Assembly (NCBI GenBank): GCA_965208325.1
Contig: OZ242326.1
Coordinates: 1 to 64,000, forward strand
Direction of reading: 5' to 3'
Origin: Candidatus Poribacteria bacterium
GTDB lineage: Bacteria > Poribacteria > WGA-4E > PCPOR2b
DNA: 64,000 bases
Under the pieces are notes generated by a model. The model had not been told where the DNA came from. It ran no database searches and saw nothing but the letters and a program-made list of their open reading frames with translations. Positions 38,452 through 48,749 of the stretch are shown here, piece after piece. The position numbers and the translations under genes are program-made. Positions within the stretch are counted from its first letter, which is position 1; the number at the start of each line of letters is the position of its first letter.

Positions 38452-40185
38452 TCAATCGCACGGCATTGGACTTTGTCCTTTTAATAGTTCACGTGCGCGT
38501 TCGAGCGTCGTTTCCGTCGGCTCACCACCATGCATCCGGGCAATTTCCTCAACCCGTTCTTCCGAAGACAACAGTTTCGCCGAGATGGTAGTTCGATTGT
38601 GGTTCACATGTTTTTCAACGCGAAAATGCCTATCAGCGAGGCGTGCAATTTGCGGAAGGTGCGTGATACAGATGACCTGGCGCAATCGCGCCAATTCCGC
38701 CAATTTTTGTCCCACAATGTCTGCCGTATGCCCGCCGATGCCCACATCAATTTCGTCATAAATCATTGATGGGATGCTGTCAATGCTGGCAAGCGCCGTT
38801 TTCAGGGCAAGCATGACTCGAGAGATTTCGCCGCCGGACGCAATTTTTGCCAATGGTTTCGGTTCAGATCCAACGTTGGGCGCGATAAGAAACTGTATAT
38901 CATCCATCCCATTGGATTTCAATTCATACTGTTTCGCCTTAATCTCCAAAATTCCATTGGGCGATTCCGCCGGTTGCACAAGTATCTGGAATATAGCTTT
39001 ATCCATCCCCAACGTGTGGAGTTGCATCTCGATTAACGACTCTAACCGGCTGGCTGCCTCTTTTCGCTTATCCGAGAGTTCAACTGCGAGTTGCCGCCCT
39101 TTCTTAATCGCAGCCCGAATCTGGCTTTCCAATTCTTCAACTTGTTCAGAACCTACTTGCAGTTCTTTCAGTGTCTGATTCACATGCGCCTGATAATCCA
39201 ACATTTCAGCGATAGAATTGCCATATTTCCGTTTCAGCCGGTGGATGAGATCCAAACGCCCTTCGACGTCCGCGAGACGATTTGGGTTAAATTCAACAGC
39301 GTCGCGGTAGTCGCGAATCTGATAGGAGATATCCTCCAACTCGTACAATGCAGATTCCAGCCGGGAATTCAACTCAACTAGATTTACGTCCATATGGCTC
39401 AGTTTTGAGATTGTGCGGTTTATCTCTTTTAGATTGTCTAATATCGCAGCGTTCGATGCGTTGCCGCCGTAAAGCTCATCATATGCCAGACTCGCGGATT
39501 CAAACCGGGTTTCTGCGTTGTTGAGGAGGTTACGCTCATTGATTAGGCTCTCTTCCTCTTCTTGTTTAAGTTCGGCATTCTCCAATTCATCTCGTTGAAA
39601 TTCCAACAGTTCTTTTTCACGTGCCGCTTCGTGCAATTTCCGAGAAACGTCGTTAAGGCGACTGCGCAACGCGTGGATTTCATCGTATGTTTGACTGACT
39701 TGCGATCGCAGCCCTTCAAGTTTACCGAAAGCATCAAGCAGATTCAAATGTGTTTCGGTTCGGAAAAGCGACTGATGTTCATGCTGCCCGTGAATATCGA
39801 CCAGCAGGTTCCCAAGCTCCTGTACAAGTGTCAGGTTCACCATCTGTCCGTTGAGATAGCACCGACTCCGCCCGTTTGCGCTAATCTGGCGAGAAATTAA
39901 CAAACCCTCCTGTGAATCCGAGAGATTAGCGACACCGGATTCACGCAGGTAGTGCCATCCGGGATGGTCCGGCGGCGGATTAATGGCAATCTGCACGTTA
40001 GCGTGATCTTTACCCGATGGTACGACTCCCGATGCGCGGCGCTCGCCCAATGCCAGTCCAACAGCGTTCAGGATGACAGACTTTCCGGCTCCGGTTTCGC
40101 CGGTGAAGATATTGAGACCAGCCGAAAATACGAGCCGGAGTTCATCAATAAGCGCGACGTTTCGGATATAAAGTTCTTCAATCAT
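38452..40185 (-). CDS. recN: DNA repair protein RecN
   Basis: TGETGAGKS, IHGQHEHQ, ASGGEISR, DEIDVGIGG, ITHLPQIA. Confidence 0.96.
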   Translation of the reverse strand: MIEELYIRNVALIDELRLVFSAGLNIFTGETGAGKSVILNAVGLALGERRASGVVPSGKDHANVQIAINPPPDHPGWHYLRESGVANLSDSQEGLLISRQISANGRSRCYLNGQMVNLTLVQELGNLLVDIHGQHEHQSLFRTETHLNLLDAFGKLEGLRSQVSQTYDEIHALRSRLNDVSRKLHEAAREKELLEFQRDELENAELKQEEEESLINERNLLNNAETRFESASLAYDELYGGNASNAAILDNLKEINRTISKLSHMDVNLVELNSRLESALYELEDISYQIRDYRDAVEFNPNRLADVEGRLDLIHRLKRKYGNSIAEMLDYQAHVNQTLKELQVGSEQVEELESQIRAAIKKGRQLAVELSDKRKEAASRLESLIEMQLHTLGMDKAIFQILVQPAESPNGILEIKAKQYELKSNGMDDIQFLIAPNVGSEPKPLAKIASGGEISRVMLALKTALASIDSIPSMIYDEIDVGIGGHTADIVGQKLAELARLRQVICITHLPQIARLADRHFRVEKHVNHNRTTISAKLLSSEERVEEIARMHGGEPTETTLERARELLKGQSPMPCD

Positions 40186-40211
40186 AATGTAAATGGAAAC
40201 ATCTCTATGCC

Positions 40212-41081
40212 TCAGGATTTACGTTTCGCGCCCTCTCCTAACATCAATTTGCTCCTTAAAGCGTCGAATGCGCTGCGATGCTGGGAACGAATGAGTTGGA
40301 TGGTCTTTTTCGCTTTTCGGATGCGAATCAAGCAGTCTGAGGTAAGAGAGTGTGTTTCGCGTTGTCCGTCAACAAATAGGTCGACGCTGCTGTAATCATA
40401 ACGAATCGCAACCGTAATCTCGGAATCTCCGTGCGCAATAAATGGACGAACCGTGAGCGAATGGGGTGCAATCGGCGTTAAAAGAATAGCGTTGAGGTGC
40501 GGATCGACAATTGTCCCGCCGCTTGCTAGGGAATAGGCGGTTGAGCCGCTTGGAGTGGCAATAATCAAGCCGTCAGCGTTGTACATCATGAACACTTCGC
40601 CATCAATGTAGGTATCGAGTTCAATCAGTTGCCCATAGCAGCGAATTACAACATCATTAAGGGCAAATGATTGCGAACGCTGCAAATCGGGATTGTCCAC
40701 ATCGATTTCCAGCATCATCCGCTGATCAATATAGTAATTCTCCGCAAAGATGTTAGTAAGCGCGGGATAGAGTTCATCAAGCGAAACTTCAGTAAGGAAT
40801 CCAAGATAACCGAGATTGACCGCAAGGATTGGCACGTTTTCTATCTGGGGCGTGTGAGCGGCGTTTAACAGTGTTCCATCGCCGCCGAGCACCAATAAAA
40901 AATCACATTGTTCAACAACACCGTCCTGATTGCATCCGGAAGGAGGTGCACCGAGCGCTAAAGCTTGCTCATCAGGAATCAACGGCTCGACACTTTTGTC
41001 CTTAAGCCAATTGTATAGGGCGATGACGACATCGGATGCTTTGGGCTTAGAGGTGTTGACAAAAAAACCGACTGTTTTCAT
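40212..41081 (-). CDS. nadK: NAD+ kinase
   Basis: LGGDGTLL, NLGYLGFL, ALND, DGLIIATPSGSTAYSLASGG. Confidence 0.95.
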   Translation of the reverse strand: MKTVGFFVNTSKPKASDVVIALYNWLKDKSVEPLIPDEQALALGAPPSGCNQDGVVEQCDFLLVLGGDGTLLNAAHTPQIENVPILAVNLGYLGFLTEVSLDELYPALTNIFAENYYIDQRMMLEIDVDNPDLQRSQSFALNDVVIRCYGQLIELDTYIDGEVFMMYNADGLIIATPSGSTAYSLASGGTIVDPHLNAILLTPIAPHSLTVRPFIAHGDSEITVAIRYDYSSVDLFVDGQRETHSLTSDCLIRIRKAKKTIQLIRSQHRSAFDALRSKLMLGEGAKRKS

Positions 41082-41135
41082 AATTTCATCGGGGCGGGAA
41101 TACCCCCGGATCACAGCGATTTAAATTTAGTTGAG

Positions 41136-42167
41136 TTATGACGCTTCCCTCTGCTCGAACCGATAAAACAACAAGATCGCCCCACAACCGGCGAGAAACG
41201 CCAACGACGTGATTAACAAATTCAGATTCATTTGAGGTATTATATGCGCAACGTCGATACGTTCACCGCCGACAATCTCATATTTTCGGAAGGGCCAAAG
41301 CCCGTACAGAGAACCCGCCATCAAACCAATCAAAAATGATATAGTCAAATCGCGGTGGCGTTCAAGGACGTAGTTTAACAATCGAGTAAACGCCAATAGT
41401 CCGATACCGCAGCCGACAGCGAAAATAGCCAACACAAGCCAATCCAATCGACTGACCGCCGCAATAACGTCAAAATAGATGCCGAGGAGCAGGAGAATAA
41501 ACGACCCGCTGATTCCGGGAAGTATCATCGCGGAAGCGGAAATAGCCCCACAAAAGAACAGATACAGTAACTTGATAACAGAAATATTTCCATCTTCGCT
41601 GTCCGCATCCGGCTCTACGTTGCCGGAAGCAGAGATGCTGGATTGACGATTTTCCTTAAGTTCGTACTTTTTACTAGCGTTTTCGAGTTTATCCTCCCCA
41701 ATCATACTGAGTGAAAGTCCGACAGTCAGCGCGACAGCGATAAGCAGAACGATAAACGCTTTGACGGAAAAGCGTTTCAACATCTTAGCGGGAATGATAA
41801 TGGAAGCTAGAATTAAGCCGCAAAAGAAACCGTGAGTCGGATCATGCTGATTGTTAAACAGGTATTTGATCAGGTCAGATGATGCTTTAATCGCAAGCGC
41901 AGCGCCAACGGCAAGGGCCGCCAAAAACCCAAAGTCGATATGCCGCAGTTCCGCACGTGCTTCAGACATTTTGTCTTTTTTCAGCGTGATTGCGCCTAAA
42001 AACTTCTGAACGGTCGACAATCCGATGTGGTGCAAGGCTCGAATTAAGCGTTCATAAATGCCTAGCACAATTGCCATAGTGCCGCCGCTCACACCTGGAA
42101 TAATAAACGCGATACCGATAACGCAGCCCTTAACGATATGACCTATGACAAGCCTGAACTTCAGCAA
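41136..42167 (-). CDS. DUF368 membrane protein (undecaprenyl-phosphate translocase family)
   Basis: Duplicated IPGVSGGT / ILPGISGS motifs, GIYERLI, GLMAGSL..LWPF. Confidence 0.9.
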   Translation of the reverse strand: MLKFRLVIGHIVKGCVIGIAFIIPGVSGGTMAIVLGIYERLIRALHHIGLSTVQKFLGAITLKKDKMSEARAELRHIDFGFLAALAVGAALAIKASSDLIKYLFNNQHDPTHGFFCGLILASIIIPAKMLKRFSVKAFIVLLIAVALTVGLSLSMIGEDKLENASKKYELKENRQSSISASGNVEPDADSEDGNISVIKLLYLFFCGAISASAMILPGISGSFILLLLGIYFDVIAAVSRLDWLVLAIFAVGCGIGLLAFTRLLNYVLERHRDLTISFLIGLMAGSLYGLWPFRKYEIVGGERIDVAHIIPQMNLNLLITSLAFLAGCGAILLFYRFEQREAS

Positions 42168-42223
42168 GATTTACCCCCGTTAAATCCCGCCTCCTCTTGA
42201 ACCATCGTTTTTTTATTGCAGGT

Positions 42224-42982
42224 TTAATTCAAGGTTTCATCGTTGAGCCAACTCTTCAGCGGATCGATTAGGTGGTGAGCAGTAAAGTCCAGTTGCACTG
42301 GTGTAATCGAAACGCAACCATTGCGGATGGTGTTGACATCTGTATCCTCTCGCCGGTCAATCTTTTCGCGTTCGCCGCCGATCCAGTAGTAGGGTTTTCC
42401 CTGCCGATCCAAGCGTTTGACAGCTTGTGCACCATAAGCCCCAAGGTCTTGCCGAGTCATTTCTATGCCTCGAAGCTCAGAGAACGTGCAGTTTGGCACG
42501 TTGACATTCAAGAGAATCCGATCGGGCATACCGTAGGCAATCACCTGCTTGGCGATACGGCAAGCAATTGATGCCGCAGATTCGTAGTGGTAGGTTGGAC
42601 CTGGAGCGAGTGAAACCGCAATTGACGGGATGCCGAGAAAGGTTCCTTTTTTCGCAGCCGCAACAGTCCCGGAAAAATGAAGATCTTGCCCCAAGTTTTG
42701 TCCATGATTGATGCCGGACACGAGGAGTTGCGGCGGTTCGGGAAGCAACGCACTGACGCCAAGGTCCACACAGTCAACTGGTGTCCCGTCGACAGCGTAG
42801 GCGCGGCTCGCCACCTGCGCCGCTCTGAGCGGACGATTCAGCGTAATTGCCATTCCAACCCCGCTGCGCTCTCGATCCGGCGCCACGATAAACACTTCGT
42901 CAAGGCTTTCAAGTGCTTCGGCGAGCGCCTTTAATCCTGCCGATTCAATGCCATCGTCGTTAGTTACAAAAATCATAATCAC
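42224..42982 (-). CDS. surE: 5'/3'-nucleotidase SurE
   Basis: TNDDG, GTPVDCV, SGINHGQNLG, SGTVAAA, NVNVP, VSITP. Confidence 0.95.
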   Translation of the reverse strand: MIMIFVTNDDGIESAGLKALAEALESLDEVFIVAPDRERSGVGMAITLNRPLRAAQVASRAYAVDGTPVDCVDLGVSALLPEPPQLLVSGINHGQNLGQDLHFSGTVAAAKKGTFLGIPSIAVSLAPGPTYHYESAASIACRIAKQVIAYGMPDRILLNVNVPNCTFSELRGIEMTRQDLGAYGAQAVKRLDRQGKPYYWIGGEREKIDRREDTDVNTIRNGCVSITPVQLDFTAHHLIDPLKSWLNDETLN

Positions 42983-43039
42983 CCGCGAAACAAGTTGCTT
43001 TCACCAATCATCATCACTGCGGCAAAATGTATAAACCCA

Positions 43040-43705
43040 TTATTTGTCTCTGAGGCTGTTGATAAGCAGCCGTGAAAATAACCGCATTTCCCGAAGCGTT
43101 TTGACATTGCTGACTTCGTCCCCGTAGATGGTTTGGATTCCCGTGCTCTCAATCCGAAAACCGAGCCGCCCGGCTTTAATTAAAAGTTCCGATTCAGTTT
43201 CATACCGCTCGGTGTTCAGTCGGACGGTTTTCAAAACTTCAGCCTTGATGAGTCGGTAACCTGACTGAAAATCCGGGACGTTTTGCCCGCAGAGCGCTGA
43301 ACCAACGGTGGAAACCAAGCAGTTATTCAACCGTCGATGCAGAGGCATTCTCAACCGATCCTTAAACCGTGCACCGACAAGGATATCCGGACGTGTTCGA
43401 CGGAAATGATCGAAGAACCTCGGTAAATCCATGGGGTCATGTTGCCCATCGCTATCCATAGCGGCGATCAACTCATAGCCGTTCTGAAGCGCGTAATCGT
43501 AGCCGGTGCGCAGCGCGCGTCCCTTCCCGCGATTATGAGCATGTTTCAGTTCAACAGCGCCGTGCGCCGTCGCAATCTCCGCGGTGTTATCGGTTGATCC
43601 GTCATCAATAACGACAATGCGTCCGACGAATAGGCTTGCTTCTTGGATAATCCGGCCAATGGTTGGCGATTCATTGTAGGCAGGTAAGAGTAGACAGGTT
43701 TTCAT
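43040..43705 (-). CDS. Glycosyltransferase family 2 (polyprenol-phosphate glycosyltransferase-like)
   Basis: PAYNE, DDGSTD, NRGKG, MDSDGQH, DFQSGYR. Confidence 0.9.
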   Translation of the reverse strand: MKTCLLLPAYNESPTIGRIIQEASLFVGRIVVIDDGSTDNTAEIATAHGAVELKHAHNRGKGRALRTGYDYALQNGYELIAAMDSDGQHDPMDLPRFFDHFRRTRPDILVGARFKDRLRMPLHRRLNNCLVSTVGSALCGQNVPDFQSGYRLIKAEVLKTVRLNTERYETESELLIKAGRLGFRIESTGIQTIYGDEVSNVKTLREMRLFSRLLINSLRDK

Positions 43706-43729
43706 GAGATTAAAACCCGAACCGTGGGT

Positions 43730-45013
43730 TCATTGAATTATCAGCCTTGCGAACCGGCGTTTCCCAACTTGCAACACACTCCCGCTAGAAAGGTCAATTT
43801 CAAGAGATGAATCGGCGATCCGCTCATTGTCAAGACGCACGCCGCCTTGTTGAACCAGCCGCCTTGCTTCGCTAGTGCTTTTGGCAAATCCGGCGCGCGT
43901 GATGAGATGGGCAAGCCAAATTTTGCCATCGGCGAGTGCAGTCGAGGGGATATGAACGTGGGGTAGGTCATCAGGGAGTTGGCGGTCGCGGTGAACCTTA
44001 TCAAATTCAGCCTCGGCGGATTTCGCCGCGTTCCGATGGTGGTAGATGGACACAATCTCGCGCGCGAGTCTCTGCTTTACGACTTTCGGGTGAAGCTCGC
44101 CGCCGGTTAATTTTACTTTTAGCTCTTGGATGTCATCAAGCGGTACATCGGTTGCTAGCTTAAAGTAGGTAATCATCAACTCGTCGGGTATTGACATCAA
44201 CTTTGCATACATATCATTGGGCGGCTCATATATCCCGACATAGTTGCCGAGGGATTTACTCATTTTCTCGCTTCCGTCCAACCCGACGAGCAAGGGCATC
44301 AGCAGTGCAACCTGAGGTTGCTGGCCGTGTGCACGTTGGAGGTCTCTTCCCGCCAGAATATTGAATTTTTGGTCGGTGCCGCCCATTTCGATGTCTGCTT
44401 CCAAGTACACGGAATCATAGCCCTGACACACGGGATACAGCATTTCGTGAACGCTTATCGGCGCTTTGCGCTCGAATCTAGCGGCGAAATCGTCTCGTTC
44501 TAACACCCTGGCTACTGTAGTTTTAGCCGTAAGGTTGATTACATCCGCGAAGCACATCTTGCCGAGCCATTCACTGTTGAATACCGTGGAGGTTTTCGAC
44601 GGATCCAATATTTTGCAATATTGTTCTTCGTAGGTTTTGGCGTTGAGGCGGATTTGCTCCTCTGAAAGCTGCGGCCTAGTCTTAGAGGTTCCAGTGGGAT
44701 CGCCAATCATGGCCGTAAAGTCACCGATGATGACAATGACTTGATGGCCCAGATTTTGAAACTGACGGAGTTTGCGTAGTACGACGGCAAGTCCAAGATG
44801 AATATCCGGCGCAGTTGGATCCAGCCCAAGTTTGACGCGCAGGGGTCGGTTTTGTTCCCGAGCCATCTCCAATTTTCGGAGAAGTTCTTCCTTGGAGATA
44901 ATCTCTGCTGTGCCTCTGCCGATGAGGTCAACCTGTTCATCTATACTCAATTCAGCATGCACGCTGGATTCCCCGTTAGATATCGTCTGGAGGTCTTCAC
45001 TACTACGGTTCAA
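43730..45013 (-). CDS. tyrS: Tyrosyl-tRNA synthetase
   Basis: GLDPTAPDIHLG, GGTDQKFN, KMSKS, C-terminal S4 domain. Confidence 0.96.
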   Translation of the reverse strand: MNRSSEDLQTISNGESSVHAELSIDEQVDLIGRGTAEIISKEELLRKLEMAREQNRPLRVKLGLDPTAPDIHLGLAVVLRKLRQFQNLGHQVIVIIGDFTAMIGDPTGTSKTRPQLSEEQIRLNAKTYEEQYCKILDPSKTSTVFNSEWLGKMCFADVINLTAKTTVARVLERDDFAARFERKAPISVHEMLYPVCQGYDSVYLEADIEMGGTDQKFNILAGRDLQRAHGQQPQVALLMPLLVGLDGSEKMSKSLGNYVGIYEPPNDMYAKLMSIPDELMITYFKLATDVPLDDIQELKVKLTGGELHPKVVKQRLAREIVSIYHHRNAAKSAEAEFDKVHRDRQLPDDLPHVHIPSTALADGKIWLAHLITRAGFAKSTSEARRLVQQGGVRLDNERIADSSLEIDLSSGSVLQVGKRRFARLIIQ

Positions 45014-45190
45014 GGTAGTTATTATACTACACCTTGCATGATTCAGTCAACGATATATCAATTCAACAACGATAAGACTTCATGTGGAAAATCAGCTATC
45101 GCAGACTATCCGAGCGTGTGCGGCACGTTTCTAAACGGCCTACGTCATAGCGAATCTAGCATTGAGGCATAGGACTCATCCTCACGGTTT

Positions 45191-45742
45191 TTATTGAACT
45201 GTACCGGTTAGCTTCCCCCTGAATTCTTCTTTGAATTTTCGGATTTTGGGCTCGATTACGAACTGGCAGTATGGTTGGTTGGGATTGAGACTATAGTAAT
45301 TCTGGTGATAAACCTCCGCCGCGTAAAAATCGAGACAAGGTACAATCTCTGTAACGATCGGATTCGGCCACAAGCCAGAGGCGTCCGTTTCACGCTTGGA
45401 GGATTCGGCGATAGCTTTCTGTTCATCGCTGTGATAAAAAATAGCTGAACGGTATTGGGTACCAACGTCGGCGCCCTGCCGGTTCAAAGTCGTTGGGTCG
45501 TGCGTGCGCCAAAAGACATATAGCAGGTCGTCAAATGAAATGACTTGGGGAGCAAAAGAAATCTGCGCTACTTCGGCATGTCCGGTGGTTCCGCTGCAAA
45601 CCTGCTGGTATGTTGGGTTTTTAACCACGCCGCCGGCGTAGCCGGAAACTACCTGTTGCACGCCTTCTAGACGTTGAAATACGGCTTCGACGCACCAGAA
45701 ACAACCGGCGCCAAACGTTGCTGTTTCAAATTTAGTCGACAT
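45191..45742 (-). CDS. msrA: Peptide-methionine (S)-sulfoxide reductase
   Basis: GAGCFWCVE, GHAE, HDPTTLNRQG.DVGTQYRS, YHQNY. Confidence 0.96.
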   Translation of the reverse strand: MSTKFETATFGAGCFWCVEAVFQRLEGVQQVVSGYAGGVVKNPTYQQVCSGTTGHAEVAQISFAPQVISFDDLLYVFWRTHDPTTLNRQGADVGTQYRSAIFYHSDEQKAIAESSKRETDASGLWPNPIVTEIVPCLDFYAAEVYHQNYYSLNPNQPYCQFVIEPKIRKFKEEFRGKLTGTVQ

Positions 45743-45948
45743 TTTTTCTTCACCGCAACCATGGTGCTTACTATGACGAGATTGGAAATACTGCCCTCAT
45801 TTTAGCAACTAGCGTCCGGTTTGTCAATCGCCAAACAGTGGAACGGACGCCTCAATGAGTCTCGAATTATTTTGATGTTGCATTCCAATTCTGTCTGCTA
45901 TATCATAGGCTGTTACTTCTTCATGGTAGCCCGTAGAAGGAATCGTCT

Positions 45949-46746
45949 ATGAAAATCACGGTTCTCGGTTCAGGCACTTCGACAGGCGTGCCGGAATATA
46001 AATGCAGTTGCGAAACATGTGAAGATGCGCGAACGTTGCACTCAAAAAACTGTAGGACACGCCCGTCGATTCACATTGAAAAGCATGGGAAGCATCTGCA
46101 ATTCGATACCGGTCCCAACTTTATCGATCAGATTGATAGGAATAAAGTCGAATGGATTGACGCGGTGATTTATACCCACTGTCACGCCGATCATACCAGC
46201 GGGACAAATGACTTGGTTATGCCCTGCCGTAAGCAGAAGATGGATATACCGATTTACGGTCCGGAGGAGACGATACGGATTCTGGAGCGCAATTACGATT
46301 ACATGTTTAGCAAGGAGGTATTTCAAGGCGGCGGCGTTGGGCATTTGCTGCCTCACACCGTCAATGAGCGTTTTGAGATGCACGGGTTCGAGATTACGCC
46401 GCTTCCCGTTGAGCATGCAGCTGTCACGACGTTCGGCTATCGGATTGACGACTTCGGTTACCTCCCCGACGTGAAGCGCTTACCAGATTCTTCCAAAGCA
46501 TTGCTGCGCGGCATTGAGGTGCTAATCATTGATGCGCTAAGCTTCAATCCGCGTCACCCAACCCATCTCGCTGTTGGAGAGGCGGTAGAAATCGTAAATG
46601 AGCTACAGCCGCGAGAAGCCTACTTTACGCACATAATGCACCGACTAGATCACCGGTATTTTCGTGATCAGTGCCAAGAACAAAGCATTGAATTACCGGA
46701 ATATGCCTATCTGTCGTACGATGGGCAGGCAATTGAAATTCTGTAA
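45949..46746 (+). CDS. Metallo-beta-lactamase-fold phosphodiesterase, PhnP-like
   Basis: LGSGTSTGVP..CSCETC, THCHADH, HPTH, THIMH, YDG. Confidence 0.9.
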   Translation: MKITVLGSGTSTGVPEYKCSCETCEDARTLHSKNCRTRPSIHIEKHGKHLQFDTGPNFIDQIDRNKVEWIDAVIYTHCHADHTSGTNDLVMPCRKQKMDIPIYGPEETIRILERNYDYMFSKEVFQGGGVGHLLPHTVNERFEMHGFEITPLPVEHAAVTTFGYRIDDFGYLPDVKRLPDSSKALLRGIEVLIIDALSFNPRHPTHLAVGEAVEIVNELQPREAYFTHIMHRLDHRYFRDQCQEQSIELPEYAYLSYDGQAIEIL

Positions 46747-46855
46747 TGCGGCAATAATTGGGAATTGTATACGATAGCGTTTGTAAGTTTGGTTGCACAT
46801 TGCGGATATTGTCAAGCGCGCGGGTTCATACTCTTTGAGAATGGTGATTAACGAA

Positions 46856-47626
46856 ATGAAATTTCCGAAAGGGATTTGGAGTATGGCTATTGTTTTTTTG
46901 TGCTTGATTGTTGCTTCGGAAAGCTATGCCGCCGACATCTGGCTTTTCGATGAAGTTAACGGTGATAAAGTTGCGGAAGTGTCCGGAACAGGAATTGTAG
47001 GAAAAATTTCTGGCAACTACAAATTCGTAGCGGGCAAGTTCGGCGAAGCATTGGAATTCAACGGGAAAAACACCTCTGTTCTGTTTGAGAATGACGATTC
47101 GACGCAGGCTTTTATACTTCATCGCGGCAAGGATGTTTCCTTGGTCTTTTGGGCGAAACCGTCGAGCGGCAATTTTAGAACGATTTCCTGGACACGAGGT
47201 GACGGTGCTGACGCGGATAGATTCAATATCCATTCAGGTCCCTGCCCGACCCTTGGATTCGATTACAGGGAGGTGAATGGAAACATTCATCAGGGACTTT
47301 ACGAAAATGTACCACTTGCCATAAATGAATGGACGCACGTTGCGATTACGCGAGAAGGAAATACATACAATACTTATAGCAATGGGAACCTGGTATCGCA
47401 AGGGGAAGATCAAAATCCAGCATTGCCTCAATCTACAAGGTGGATGTTGAGTAGACCCGGGTTCATTTTTGGTGGGATTATAGATGAAATTAGATTCTTC
47501 GAATCGGTGCTTAATGAAAATGATGTCGCCAACATCATGGAAAATGGCCTCGAATCAACCACGCTCGCCGTGGCGCCGTCAGGCAAGATTTCCACGACCT
47601 GGGCACGGTTGAAGCGCGGTAGATAA
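46856..47626 (+). CDS. Secreted LamG/concanavalin-like domain protein with C-terminal AVxPxGKxxTTW motif
   Basis: Signal peptide, WLFDE, GKFGEALEFNG, WTHVAIT, GGIIDEIRFF, LAVAPSGKISTTWARLK. Confidence 0.88.
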   Translation: MKFPKGIWSMAIVFLCLIVASESYAADIWLFDEVNGDKVAEVSGTGIVGKISGNYKFVAGKFGEALEFNGKNTSVLFENDDSTQAFILHRGKDVSLVFWAKPSSGNFRTISWTRGDGADADRFNIHSGPCPTLGFDYREVNGNIHQGLYENVPLAINEWTHVAITREGNTYNTYSNGNLVSQGEDQNPALPQSTRWMLSRPGFIFGGIIDEIRFFESVLNENDVANIMENGLESTTLAVAPSGKISTTWARLKRGR

Positions 47627-47759
47627 TTTCACCGGCAAAACATCCATGAAAACACTGCCTTTAACGGTGTTTGCAGGAAGACTCACGACCCTAATACCCA
47701 ACCTACAGGAACTTACATAGGAGCGAGGTGTCAAATCGTCCCGATCGCTCAGCATTTTC

Positions 47760-48389
47760 ATGAATGAAATTCAACAGCTACAACTCTACGGGTTTTGCAC
47801 TATCGCCAGTGCTTATGAGGTTAATTCGTTAAGGAACGAATGCTCGCGTGTCTTCGATAAACTAAGCTCGAATGTCGTAGATGCAAACGAAAATGAGGTG
47901 TTAAATCATGCCTTGAATGCGTGTCCAATTGTAATGAATATAGTCGAAGCATTAATAGGTACTGAGCATACTCGAACGGCCTCATTCAAGCGAACACTTC
48001 CGAACGATACATCATTCAGTTGTACCTACCATGTCCATTGCGATGAAACTGAATCATTGGCACTTGATAATTACAATAACCGGCTCCGAAAATCGCCGCA
48101 TGTACCCTGCATGATAAACAGCATCATTACCTTAACCGATTTCACGGCGGATAATGGCTTTGGCGTAATCCCGATGAGTCACCATAGTCCTTTTTTGAAA
48201 CGGCATCAATTCCTTACCGCAGTCGATCCTGTTGTTGAAAATGACTTCTTATTCCCTGTCATCGCGCCAGCAGGTTCGGTGATTCTATGGGACAATCGAT
48301 TGAGGCATGCTCAACTTCCCAACAAAACAGATGAGAGCCGATTGAACATCAACGTATCCTATTTTGCAAAATGGTGGAGAAACTATTGA
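47760..48389 (+). CDS. Divergent PhyH-family dioxygenase
   Basis: LYGF, HCD (HxD), LTDFTADNG, IPMSH, APAGSVILWDNRLRH, NKTDESR. Confidence 0.8.
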   Translation: MNEIQQLQLYGFCTIASAYEVNSLRNECSRVFDKLSSNVVDANENEVLNHALNACPIVMNIVEALIGTEHTRTASFKRTLPNDTSFSCTYHVHCDETESLALDNYNNRLRKSPHVPCMINSIITLTDFTADNGFGVIPMSHHSPFLKRHQFLTAVDPVVENDFLFPVIAPAGSVILWDNRLRHAQLPNKTDESRLNINVSYFAKWWRNY

Positions 48390-48541
48390 TAAAATCTATA
48401 CCATCAATTGCAATTATATACTCACTAATCAGAAAACGAAACGCACGCAGGATAACTACGTGCTTCCTACAACACCACTTAACCCAAGATGGAATAACTG
48501 CCTAGCCGCGCTGACATTACGATATTCTGCGGCTATCTATG

Positions 48542-48571
48542 TTGACAACATCTGTTCCTGTTTGGTATACT
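48542..48571 (+). promoter_or_regulatory. Sigma70-type promoter
   Basis: TTGACA-18 bp-TATACT with extended -10 TG. Confidence 0.6.
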
Positions 48572-48585
48572 AAACCTCGTCACCT

Positions 48586-48695
48586 CGAATAGTAAAACGC
48601 GGGAACGCATGGTGAATATACAAACACGCTAGGCGAAACGCTTGGAACACAGTGTAGAAGTGGACATTTACAAGTTTATGCCGCGGTATTATTCG
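48586..48695 (+). ncRNA. Candidate rod-like structured RNA or 5' leader, family unidentified
   Basis: CGAATAGTA/TATTATTCG, CGCGG/CCGCG, GCAT/ATGC, ACAC/GTGT and an apical CTAGGCG-AAA-CGCTTGG. Confidence 0.35.
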
Positions 48696-48749
48696 TCCTA
48701 TTGGCAAAATGCCACCGTTTGTGTTCTGTTAGCGTGAATGAGAAGTACG

